DNA of 40,681 nt from Bacillota bacterium (lineage in GTDB: Bacteria; Bacillota; Clostridia; Christensenellales; SZUA-584), in the NCBI GenBank assembly GCA_023436525.1, contig JAEZIW010000249.1, forward strand, positions 1 through 40,681, written 5' to 3'. Below, one piece after another: positions 26,317 through 34,249 of this stretch (positions within the stretch are counted from its first letter, which is position 1; every line of letters starts with the position of its first letter). Under the pieces are notes generated by a model, which did not search any database, was not told the origin of the DNA, and saw only the letters and a list, made by a program, of their open reading frames with translations. The position numbers and the translations under genes were made by a program.

Positions 26317-27449
26317 TCCGCCAGCTCCTTGACGGCGGACACCGCCGCATCCACATCCTCAGCTTCGTTAAACCATCCAAAGCTGAACCTCACCGCTCCC
26401 TGCTCCGTGGTGCCGAGCGCCTGGTGCATACGCGGGGCACAGTGTGCGCCGGGGCGTGTGGCAATGCCGTATGCTTGCGACAGCTCATCGGCCACCGCGC
26501 CGGAATCGAAACCGCGTATGTTCAGCGCCACCACCGGTGCGTGCTGAACCGCAGTAAAATCGCCGTATACCGTTGCACCGTCAATCTGCGAAACGCCGTC
26601 CACAAAGCGCCGTGTTAAAAAATCCTCTTTGGCTTGTATGGCTTCGATTCCCACCGAATTGATATAATCCACCGCCGCCGACAGCCCCGCGATGCCGTGC
26701 CCGTTCAGTGTGCCTGCCTCCAGCAGCGTCGGCAGTTGCTCAGGCTGCGTTTGGCTGTACGTCTGCACACCGGTGCCGCCCACCGTCCACGGCCTAATGT
26801 TCACGCCCTCGCGGATGCACAAGCCGCCCGTACCTTGCGGGCCCATCATCGCCTTATGCCCTGTAAAGCAGAGGATATCAATGTTCATCGCTTCCATGTC
26901 AATCGAGGCGCACCCCGCCGTTTGGGACGCATCCACCATAAATAGCAGACCATGTTTCTTTGCAATCCGGCCCACCCGTGCCACATCCACCATGTTGCCA
27001 GTCAGGTTAGACGCGTGCGTGCAAACGATGGCTTGTGTATTGGGGCGAATCAGCTTTTCAAAATCCGCATAATCAATCGTACCGCGCTTATCCGCTGCGG
27101 CAAAGCTTAACTCAACCTGTTTCTCCGCCTGCAGACGATAAAGCGGCCTCAAAACAGAGTTGTGCTCAAGATCAGTTGTTATGACATGGCTGTCAGGCTT
27201 AATAACGCCATTGATGGCGATATTCAAGGCTTCCGTCGCATTGCACGTAAACACCACATGGTCGGCGCGCTTGCAGCCAAACAACGCTGCCAGCTTAACG
27301 CGCGCTTGATAAACGGTGCGCGACGCATCAAGGCTGCTGGCATGCGTCCCGCGTGACGCGTTGCCCAGCGCGTTCATCGCATGCATAACCGCTTGCGTTA
27401 CCTGCGGCGGTTTGCGCAGCGTTGTGGCCGCGTTATCAAGATATATCAC
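26313..27449 (-). CDS. class-V PLP-dependent cysteine desulfurase / selenocysteine-lyase-like enzyme
   Basis: MIYLDNAATT start, PLP-Lys context FTGHKAMMGPQGTGG, catalytic loop ATRPGAHCAPRMH. It overlaps the yedF stop. Confidence 0.8.
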   Translation of the reverse strand: MIYLDNAATTLRKPPQVTQAVMHAMNALGNASRGTHASSLDASRTVYQARVKLAALFGCKRADHVVFTCNATEALNIAINGVIKPDSHVITTDLEHNSVLRPLYRLQAEKQVELSFAAADKRGTIDYADFEKLIRPNTQAIVCTHASNLTGNMVDVARVGRIAKKHGLLFMVDASQTAGCASIDMEAMNIDILCFTGHKAMMGPQGTGGLCIREGVNIRPWTVGGTGVQTYSQTQPEQLPTLLEAGTLNGHGIAGLSAAVDYINSVGIEAIQAKEDFLTRRFVDGVSQIDGATVYGDFTAVQHAPVVALNIRGFDSGAVADELSQAYGIATRPGAHCAPRMHQALGTTEQGAVRFSFGWFNEAEDVDAAVSAVKELAE

Positions 27450-28060
27450 GGCTTGATCACCTTAGCCGCGCCGCTCAGCATCTCGACAATGCTGTACATG
27501 TTGGCGATCTGCCCGACTGCCAGCTTCTCCGTCAAGCCATAAAAATTCAGACAGGTGCCGCAGGTCATAATTTCTACGCCTTGCGCCTCCATGCTTTTCA
27601 GGTCTTCCACGCTGACGGATCCTTCTATGGGGATACTGGCACCGCCGTTGTAGAAAATAATCGTCTTCGGCAGCTCATCGAGCTGAGACAGCGCGTATAT
27701 GAACCCTTTCATCAGCGTCTTGCCCAGTTCGTCGTCTCCGCGTCCCATAACGGCGGTGTCGATAGCCACCACGGTGTTGCCTCTGATATCCGGGACGCAG
27801 GCGGGCTCGGGTTCCGCAGCGTTCGCGTTCGGCAGCGCGGAAACCTCCATGGTAATAACAAAATGCTTGTCGTCCAGCTTTTCGCTCTTCGCCGCATGCC
27901 CCTTGCCCATGGCCAGCCGCATCACGTTCTGCACGGCAATCTCGTTATCCACGTGCACTTCCAGTTCACCGGCTTGCTTCATTCCGCCCAGCGCCTTTGT
28001 CGCTTTGACAACCGGGATCGGACACTGTTCGCCCACCGCGTTTACGATTACCTTTGCCAT
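27446..28060 (-). CDS. yedF: selenium-metabolism protein YedF (TusA/SirA-like N-domain + DsrE-like C-domain)
   Basis: CPxP motif VGEQCPIPVVKATKAL, a linker, then a DsrE-like domain (VVAIDTAVMGRGDDELG ... TCGTCLNFYG). Confidence 0.8.
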   Translation of the reverse strand: MAKVIVNAVGEQCPIPVVKATKALGGMKQAGELEVHVDNEIAVQNVMRLAMGKGHAAKSEKLDDKHFVITMEVSALPNANAAEPEPACVPDIRGNTVVAIDTAVMGRGDDELGKTLMKGFIYALSQLDELPKTIIFYNGGASIPIEGSVSVEDLKSMEAQGVEIMTCGTCLNFYGLTEKLAVGQIANMYSIVEMLSGAAKVIKP

Positions 28061-28129
28061 TTTATTTCCTCCGGTTCATTCGTGTATATATCGGGAAGGC
28101 AGCAGATTCCTTTCCATGCTTCCCGTATC

Positions 28130-28897
28130 TCAGCGTGCTTTCATGGCGCAAAGCGCCGCGCCAACGGCCCCCGCATACCGCCCGTGTTCGTTCGAAATCA
28201 CTTGTGCTGCCAGTGCAGCAGACAGCGCGCCGATGATATAAGCGCTGTCGCACAAGCCGCCTGTCAAACAAACGGCACCGGCACCGCCAAGCAGCCTTTT
28301 GGCCTGCGAAGCCACCTTCTGCACAATCGAATCGACCACCGCGAACGCGATGTTTTCCTTCTTTTCTCCGCGCCCAATCAGGCTGATGACCTCGGATTCG
28401 GCGAAAACCGTGCACATGGAGCTGATAGATGTATCGCGGCCCTGAGCGGCCAGCTCACAGAGTTCCACCGGGCTCACGGCCAGCGTGTTCGCCATCACTT
28501 CCAAAAAGCGGCCCGTCCCTGCTGAGCACTTGTCGTTCATGATGAAATCCTTCACCACGCCGCCTTCAATGCTGATGATCTTGGTATCCTGACCGCCGAT
28601 ATCGATCACCGTTAAATCGCTGCACGAAAAAATCTCACAAGCCCCTTTGGCATGGCAGGTGATTTCCGTCACAGCCTTATCGGCATACGGAACCGCCGCC
28701 CGGCCATATCCGGTGGACACGCAAGGCGTTTGCACTGCATCAATTCCGCTATCCTTCAATTTTATACGGATCGCTTCCGCCGTATCCACGCTGCTCCAGC
28801 CGGTTGGCTGTACGAATTGCAGCAAAAGCTTCCGGCCTTCATACATCACCGTTGTTTTGGCACAGGTCGATCCGATATCAATCCCGATGTATTTCAT
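28130..28897 (-). CDS. BcrAD/BadFG/HgdC-family ATP-dependent activase ([4Fe-4S] electron-transfer ATPase)
   Basis: Actin-fold ATPase signatures MKYIGIDIGSTCAKT, DIGGQDTK, DKCSAGTGRFLE. ATG 28897 follows GAGGG. The GTG at 28903 is less likely. Confidence 0.8.
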   Translation of the reverse strand: MKYIGIDIGSTCAKTTVMYEGRKLLLQFVQPTGWSSVDTAEAIRIKLKDSGIDAVQTPCVSTGYGRAAVPYADKAVTEITCHAKGACEIFSCSDLTVIDIGGQDTKIISIEGGVVKDFIMNDKCSAGTGRFLEVMANTLAVSPVELCELAAQGRDTSISSMCTVFAESEVISLIGRGEKKENIAFAVVDSIVQKVASQAKRLLGGAGAVCLTGGLCDSAYIIGALSAALAAQVISNEHGRYAGAVGAALCAMKAR

Positions 28898-28965
28898 TTT
28901 CACCCTCTGTGACCATTATAAAAACCAATATGAAAATACGCCAATTCAAATATCAGATAGAACAA

Positions 28966-28990
28966 TAGATTCTATCGGTAATAGCGATGA
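28966..28990 (-). promoter_or_regulatory. LysR-type (ATC-N9-GAT / T-N11-A) box upstream of the activase operon
   Basis: The plus strand reads ATAGATTCTATCGGTAATAGCGATGA, with ATC at 28974-76 and GAT at 28986-88. It matches the box at 31031-31057 at 20 of 27 positions and lies upstream of a putative TTGGCG-N18-TATAAT promoter (28944-28915). Confidence 0.5.
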
Positions 28991-29007
28991 ATGCGCGTAT
29001 TCTGATG

Positions 29008-29904
29008 TTAAAATGTTCTTAAGTGATTCAATATGTATTCGCGGAAGGCTTTGGCTGTGTTTGTCAGCCTGCGGTCTTTGGGGGTTATCATATAAAGGCA
29101 GCGCACTGTGCTCTTTCCGTCCAGCGGAAAACAAAGCACATTTTGAGCCATCCTTGCGGCCAATTCGGATACGATGGCGACACCCAGCCCCTGCGCCACG
29201 GCGCGCAGAATGGTGTCGTGGTTGTCCATACGCGCCACAACATGAATGTTTTCTGTGCGTATGCTGTTTTCGCACAGGAACTTGTCGACAGCCTGCTGCG
29301 TTCCGGATCCCAGCTCACGGAAAATCAACGGCTCACCAAGCAGCGCATTGCCGCTTGCCCCTGCACTTTTCTGCGTCCGGTATTTCTCGCTATCCGGGGT
29401 CAGCAGCACCAGATTGTCTTCACGGAGCAGATCGTAAACAAGCTCCTTGCGGTTCATCACTGCGCCCACAAAGCCAATCTGCGCGTCACCGTCCAGCACC
29501 AAATCGTGAACGCTTGTGCTGTCTCCGCCGCGCAGCGTAAACCGGCACTGCGGCATCTCTTGTGCAAATCCGGCAATCAGTTCAGGCAGCAGGTAACTCA
29601 TCGGAATCGTGGAAGCCGCGAGTACCAGCTCCTGCGACGTCCGTTCCTCAAGCTCCTTTGAAAGCTGGTCACAGCTTTGGAGAATGGCTTTGGCATGAGC
29701 ATAAACGCGCCGTCCTTCTTCCGTCAGAATAATCTTGCGCTTGCCGGTACGCACAATCAACGGCACACCGATGTCCTTCTCCATAGCGGCCACGTGGCCG
29801 CTGATGGTCGATTGTGCCAGATACAATTTGTCTGCCGCAGCGGTGAAACTGCCGTTCTCAACAACAGCGGCAAATGCCTCCAGCTGTTTCAGATTGTAGT
29901 TCAT
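29008..29904 (-). CDS. LysR-family transcriptional regulator
   Basis: HTH: MNYNLKQLEAFAAVVENGSFTAAADKLYLAQSTISGHV. The start ATG 29904 lies 4 nt after the selD stop, so the gene is probably co-transcribed with selD. Confidence 0.88.
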   Translation of the reverse strand: MNYNLKQLEAFAAVVENGSFTAAADKLYLAQSTISGHVAAMEKDIGVPLIVRTGKRKIILTEEGRRVYAHAKAILQSCDQLSKELEERTSQELVLAASTIPMSYLLPELIAGFAQEMPQCRFTLRGGDSTSVHDLVLDGDAQIGFVGAVMNRKELVYDLLREDNLVLLTPDSEKYRTQKSAGASGNALLGEPLIFRELGSGTQQAVDKFLCENSIRTENIHVVARMDNHDTILRAVAQGLGVAIVSELAARMAQNVLCFPLDGKSTVRCLYMITPKDRRLTNTAKAFREYILNHLRTF

Positions 29905-29908
29905 CACA

Positions 29909-30946
29909 TCACTCCAAAATGATTCTGTTGCCGCCGCTGTACGCACATACCCTCCCGATGCGCTGCGCGGACGGAACGCATGCCTTCAGCGCCTCAAGCA
30001 GTGCATCAGCATCTTTTGGGCTGACGCAAATCACCAGCCCGCCGGATGTCTGCGGGTCAAACAGCAGATCGGCCTTTTCCAGCGGAATGTCTCCCTGTTC
30101 CACGCAAGCCTCGGCAAAGCTGCGGTTGCGGTACATACCGGCGGGAAGCACGCCCATCCGGGCAAGTTCAATAGCTTCGGGAATCATGTCAATGCCGTTG
30201 ACATCCACGCGAATCTGTACATCGCTGCCCTGTGCCATCTCCAGCAGATGCCCCATCAGGCCAAATCCGGTTACATCCGTGCACGCGTGAACATCAAATT
30301 TTATCATCGTATCCCTTGCCGGCTTGTTCAGCGTTGTCATCAACCCGAAGGCGAGCCTCTCTGTTTCTTCGCTGACGAGCTGCGCCTTCATCGCGGATGT
30401 CAGCACGCCAATGCCGATCGGCTTCGTCAGCAGCAACACGTCTCCAGGCCTCGCGCCGGCGTTCGTCAGCACCTTATCAGGATGCACAAACCCGGTCACT
30501 GCCAAGCCGTATTTGGGCTCCTCGTCGTATATACTGTGCCCGCCGGTAATCAGCGCCCCGGCTTCATACACCTTATCATAGCCGCCCCTCAATATTTCAT
30601 GAACCGTTTCCTTGGGCATGTCTTCCGGCACAGCCATGATGTTAAGCGCCAATTTGGGTTCTCCGCCCATTGCGTAGACATCCGACAGCGCGTTCGTCGC
30701 AGCTATGGCACCAAACGTATACGGATCGTCCGCAATCGGCGGGAAGAAATCAACCGTCTGCACCAACGCCAAGTCATCGCTGATTTTATAGACGGACGCG
30801 TCATCACTGCGTTCAAACCCGACCAATAGATTCGGGTCGTTATGAACTTTAATATCCTCCAAAAGCTGCGACAGCACACCGGCTCCCACTTTTGCCCCGC
30901 AGCCGGCGCACTTGGCCAGCTTCGTCAGCTTGATATCTTCTTTCAA
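29909..30946 (-). CDS. selD: selenide, water dikinase (selenophosphate synthetase), Cys-type
   Basis: N-terminal LTKLAKCAGCGAKVG (compare E. coli GAGCGCK) and an AIR-synthase-like fold. The start was moved to TTG 30946, 7 nt after GGGGAGG. The ORF-track start at 30976 has no RBS. Confidence 0.88.
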   Translation of the reverse strand: MKEDIKLTKLAKCAGCGAKVGAGVLSQLLEDIKVHNDPNLLVGFERSDDASVYKISDDLALVQTVDFFPPIADDPYTFGAIAATNALSDVYAMGGEPKLALNIMAVPEDMPKETVHEILRGGYDKVYEAGALITGGHSIYDEEPKYGLAVTGFVHPDKVLTNAGARPGDVLLLTKPIGIGVLTSAMKAQLVSEETERLAFGLMTTLNKPARDTMIKFDVHACTDVTGFGLMGHLLEMAQGSDVQIRVDVNGIDMIPEAIELARMGVLPAGMYRNRSFAEACVEQGDIPLEKADLLFDPQTSGGLVICVSPKDADALLEALKACVPSAQRIGRVCAYSGGNRIILE

Positions 30947-31032
30947 TTCAGCACCTCCCCTGGCGAAACAAGACAATTAATCGATTCCACATAATCATAT
31001 CATAAAAATGGAGAAAACGCCAAAACGGCCGA

Positions 31033-31057
31033 TAAATTCTATCGGCATTTTCGATAA
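31033..31057 (-). promoter_or_regulatory. LysR-type (ATC-N9-GAT) box upstream of selD
   Basis: The plus strand reads TAAATTCTATCGGCATTTTCGATAA, with ATC at 31041-43 and GAT at 31053-55. It overlaps the dyad GCCGATA-N5-TATCGGC (31028-31046) and lies 17 nt upstream of a putative TTGGCG-N18-TATGAT promoter (31023-30994). Confidence 0.5.
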
Positions 31058-31396
31058 CTTACAGCCAGTTTATACGGTTGCCTTTGATATGAGCATATAT
31101 CAGATAGCGAGAATTAAAAGAAATGGTGCCGGCACAGGAACAATGGTCGATGTGCATCCTCTTATTTGGTTAACAATGACGACCAAATCGTTATATAACC
31201 ACTCTTAGATGACATTAATGAAATTTGATGAAATGAAAAATAGATCATGAGCAAGCATAGCGATAATACTACAAAAGAACGAGATACATTCAATGCAAAA
31301 AATATTGCTCTGCCCAAAATCATAACACGAATCTATGATTTATCTGTTGTTTGTTTTGATACAAGACAAGACTCATTGAGCGTAAAAAAGCCGTCT

Positions 31397-31927
31397 TTAC
31401 ATCTCTTTTCGGTTTGTTTTTTTGATCGTTTCTTCAATCGTATTCAGCAGTTCCCGCTGCTTTGGCAGCATCATACGTTTTGGCGTTCGCTTCAGCATGT
31501 CGGTGCGCGCTGACATAAGCTTATCTGAAGACGCATATGGCAAAAGCGGCGCACAAAGATATTCCGAAATACTGAGGTACCAATCCGTTGTCGTTTTCTC
31601 TCGTCTTGGTTTTGGTGCCAGCATAATATCGAGCGCCTTAGCCGCAATAGCCTCGGACGCATCGGGTGTTTTGTTTTTCATATTTTCCAAAACAGCAGCC
31701 ATCTTTGCAACAATACGCTGAACTTCGCTTAAAAAGGCCTCATTCACCGGCTGAGTTGTCAGCGGATCAAAACCGGAAAACCATTTTTTAAACAAGCGGG
31801 TTATCCGCTGCCTCGATTTTGGCTCTTCCGTGTCCGCTTGCGCGTAGCTAGAATAGACGTCTTTTAAGCTTTCTATCAAACGGGCTACCTCTTGTTCATG
31901 CGTATCTGGCCGGCGCACTTTCTCCAT
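31397..31927 (-). CDS. hypothetical protein (176 aa, predicted helical, Lys/Arg-rich C-terminus)
   Basis: ATG 31927 is preceded by GAGGAGGAG. The longer ORF to 31999 would run through a terminator hairpin. I recognised no family. Confidence 0.5.
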   Translation of the reverse strand: MEKVRRPDTHEQEVARLIESLKDVYSSYAQADTEEPKSRQRITRLFKKWFSGFDPLTTQPVNEAFLSEVQRIVAKMAAVLENMKNKTPDASEAIAAKALDIMLAPKPRREKTTTDWYLSISEYLCAPLLPYASSDKLMSARTDMLKRTPKRMMLPKQRELLNTIEETIKKTNRKEM

Positions 31928-31971
31928 CGCAGGCTCCTCCTCAATACTGATTTTCCCCGCTCCGAACCCTT

Positions 31972-32012
31972 TGTAAACCAAACATAGCCGTGGAGCCATG
32001 CCGCCGGCTATG
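31972..32012 (-). terminator. rho-independent terminator after rpiB
   Basis: On the minus strand, CATAGCCG and CGGCTATG flank a 14-nt loop, followed by TTTGGTTT. Confidence 0.6.
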
Positions 32013-32095
32013 CTCGATTGCGTTTATCGTTGAGCCTTATGCATATTGTATGGCTCATCCCCCATAAAATCAATGGCTGTTGGGTTTTCTTCAAA

Positions 32096-32539
32096 TCACC
32101 CACAGCTGACTTCGTATTCTCTGATGCGGTCAACCTTGGGTTGGGACGCGCTTCCGGGCTCGAATTCTGATGTTAAAAATACCAAAGCCAGCTTCTCCAT
32201 CAGCTTAATTCCCGTAGTAAACGCGCCAAAACAGGCGATGTTCGCATCGTTGCTCATCCGCGCGCGCTCAGCCGAATACACATCCGAAATCAACGCGGCG
32301 TATGCCCCTTTCACCTTGTTGGCCGCCAGCGACACACCGATACCTGTACCGCAAATCAGCACACCTCTGTCGTATTCCTTATTCGCTACCACAGTTGCCA
32401 CCTTGATGGCGATATTCGCGTAAATCGGGTCATGGATGCCAAAATCGGTGACGTTAAATCCCTTCTCGGTCAGCATTTTAATGATGGCTTGCTTCGCGTC
32501 TTCTGCATTCGGGTCGCACCCGATTGCTATCTTATACAT
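32096..32539 (-). CDS. rpiB: RpiB/LacA/LacB-family sugar-phosphate isomerase
   Basis: MYKIAIGCDPNA ... GVLICGTGIGVSLAANK. Last gene of the polyol operon. Confidence 0.85.
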   Translation of the reverse strand: MYKIAIGCDPNAEDAKQAIIKMLTEKGFNVTDFGIHDPIYANIAIKVATVVANKEYDRGVLICGTGIGVSLAANKVKGAYAALISDVYSAERARMSNDANIACFGAFTTGIKLMEKLALVFLTSEFEPGSASQPKVDRIREYEVSCG

Positions 32540-32558
32540 TTAAACCCCCGCCTTTCCG

Positions 32559-33203
32559 TCAGTCTTCCAGCACCTGTTTCATTCCGTCGGCCATGGCCTG
32601 CAGTATGATGCAGCACGAGGTTGCCCCCGCATCCAGCACGCCGCGTGAACGTTCTCCAAGGCGTGCCGACCGCCCGTATTTCGCCACAAGATCTTTGGTA
32701 GACTCCTTGCCTGCTTCGGCGGCTGCTTTCATATCGTCCAGCGCTTCAGAGAAGCTCTTTGAGCTGCTGATGGCCGATTTGACAGCCTGCAGCGCCGGAT
32801 AAAGCGTATCCACCAGTGTCTTGTCGCCGGGGCGTGCATTCACAATGCCATACAGGCCGTCAAGTCCCGCTTCAAGCATGTCCGCAAACACGCTAAGCGT
32901 GATGTCCTCTTCATCCTCTGCCTTTTCCGACATGTCCATGAAAACCGTTCCGTAAATCGGCCCCATTGAGCCGCCTATCTTGTTTAAAAGCACGGTGCCC
33001 AAATCGAACAATCCGTCCGTCAGCGAGGTTTCACCGTCGCCCAGCTGTTCACCATACATCGTGAAGCCCTTGTTCATGTTCATGCCGTGGTCACCGTCGC
33101 CGATCAGGCCGTCGACATCGCCAAGGTACTGTTTGTTGGCTTGAATGGCTTTAACCATGCTGAGCAATATCTCACGCCCGTTTTTATTCTTTACGACTGA
33201 CAT
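32559..33203 (-). CDS. dhaL: dihydroxyacetone-kinase-family nucleotide-binding subunit DhaL
   Basis: The DAK2 motif DGLIGDGDHGMNM. The start ATG 33203 is preceded by AAGGGGGAG. Confidence 0.85.
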   Translation of the reverse strand: MSVVKNKNGREILLSMVKAIQANKQYLGDVDGLIGDGDHGMNMNKGFTMYGEQLGDGETSLTDGLFDLGTVLLNKIGGSMGPIYGTVFMDMSEKAEDEEDITLSVFADMLEAGLDGLYGIVNARPGDKTLVDTLYPALQAVKSAISSSKSFSEALDDMKAAAEAGKESTKDLVAKYGRSARLGERSRGVLDAGATSCCIILQAMADGMKQVLED

Positions 33204-33217
33204 TGCCGTCTCCCCCT

Positions 33218-34231
33218 TTAAAACTGTTTTAACCCCGTGCAATAAGCATCGGCATCCATCAGTTCTTTAAGCTCATCATCGAGCTTCATCACCGTCAGCG
33301 TTGCACCCATCATATCCAGCGAGGTGAAATAGTTGCCCACGTACGAACGGTAAACCTTGATGCCCTGCGCACTTAAAAGCTGTTCGATTTCGTTGTATAA
33401 TACATACAGCTCCATAATCGGCGTTGCCCCCAGCCCCGATACGAGCACGGCCACCTCATCGCCCGCCTGATACGGATAATCCGGGACCACCACATCCACC
33501 ATGCGTTTGGCCATACCTGCCGCGGATTCCAGCGCACAAACCTCTATGCCCGGCTCACCGTGATGCCCGATACCAACCTCCATCGTGCCGTCTTCTATCT
33601 GAAAGTTAGGGTGACCCACCGCAGGTAATGTGCACGGCGTCAGCCCTATGCCAATGCTGCGTGTGTTGTCAATCGCTTTCTGAGCCGTTTCAATCACCTC
33701 ATCCAGCGAAGCGCCCGCAGCCGCTTTGGCACCGCCGCATTTCCACATGAATATCTCACCTGCCACACCACGGCGTTTTTCTCTTTCGTCCTTCGGTGCC
33801 GATGCCACGTCGTCGTTGGCGATAACGGTTTTTACAGTGATGCCCTCGCGCTTGGCCATTTTCACAGCCATCTTCACATTCATGTTGTCGCCCGAGTAGT
33901 TGCCGTAAAGGCACGCAATGCCCTCACCGCCGTTCGCGGCCCGAAAGGCCTCTAAAAAAGCGAGTGCTGTGGGAGACGAGCAGATCTCACCGACCGCCGC
34001 CGCATCGCACATGTTTTTGCCCACATAACCGATAAACGCCGGCTTATGGCCCGAGCCGCCGCCTGTAACAACGCCGACCTTGCCCGCCTTGGGCGCATCC
34101 ACGGCCGCCACCACACCTCTTGCGTTATCTTCGCTTGTTTTCACCCTCTTGACGATATCGCTGTGACATTTCACAAAGCCATCCAGCATTTCATCGACAA
34201 TGTTGTCAGGGTTGTTCAAAATGCGCTGCAT
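33218..34231 (-). CDS. dhaK: dihydroxyacetone-kinase-family substrate-binding subunit DhaK
   Basis: GGGSGHKPAF and GIGHHGEPG motifs. Confidence 0.88.
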   Translation of the reverse strand: MQRILNNPDNIVDEMLDGFVKCHSDIVKRVKTSEDNARGVVAAVDAPKAGKVGVVTGGGSGHKPAFIGYVGKNMCDAAAVGEICSSPTALAFLEAFRAANGGEGIACLYGNYSGDNMNVKMAVKMAKREGITVKTVIANDDVASAPKDEREKRRGVAGEIFMWKCGGAKAAAGASLDEVIETAQKAIDNTRSIGIGLTPCTLPAVGHPNFQIEDGTMEVGIGHHGEPGIEVCALESAAGMAKRMVDVVVPDYPYQAGDEVAVLVSGLGATPIMELYVLYNEIEQLLSAQGIKVYRSYVGNYFTSLDMMGATLTVMKLDDELKELMDADAYCTGLKQF

Positions 34232-34249
34232 ATCTGTTCCTCCAATTTG

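Noticed and set aside
29909-30976. Selenocysteine (UGA) recoding in selD, or in the hydrogenase, reductase or YedF genes.
   Set aside because: All of these ORFs are continuous, with Cys at the relevant positions (GCGAK in SelD, CPIP in YedF). No adjacent same-frame ORF pairs separated by a single TGA were seen.
31008-31513. Plus-strand ORFs of 66 aa (31008..31208) and 88 aa (31247..31513) in the selD upstream region.
   Set aside because: They have no RBS and lie in an AT-rich regulatory region. The second overlaps the better-supported minus-strand gene 31397..31927. Neither has a recognisable motif.
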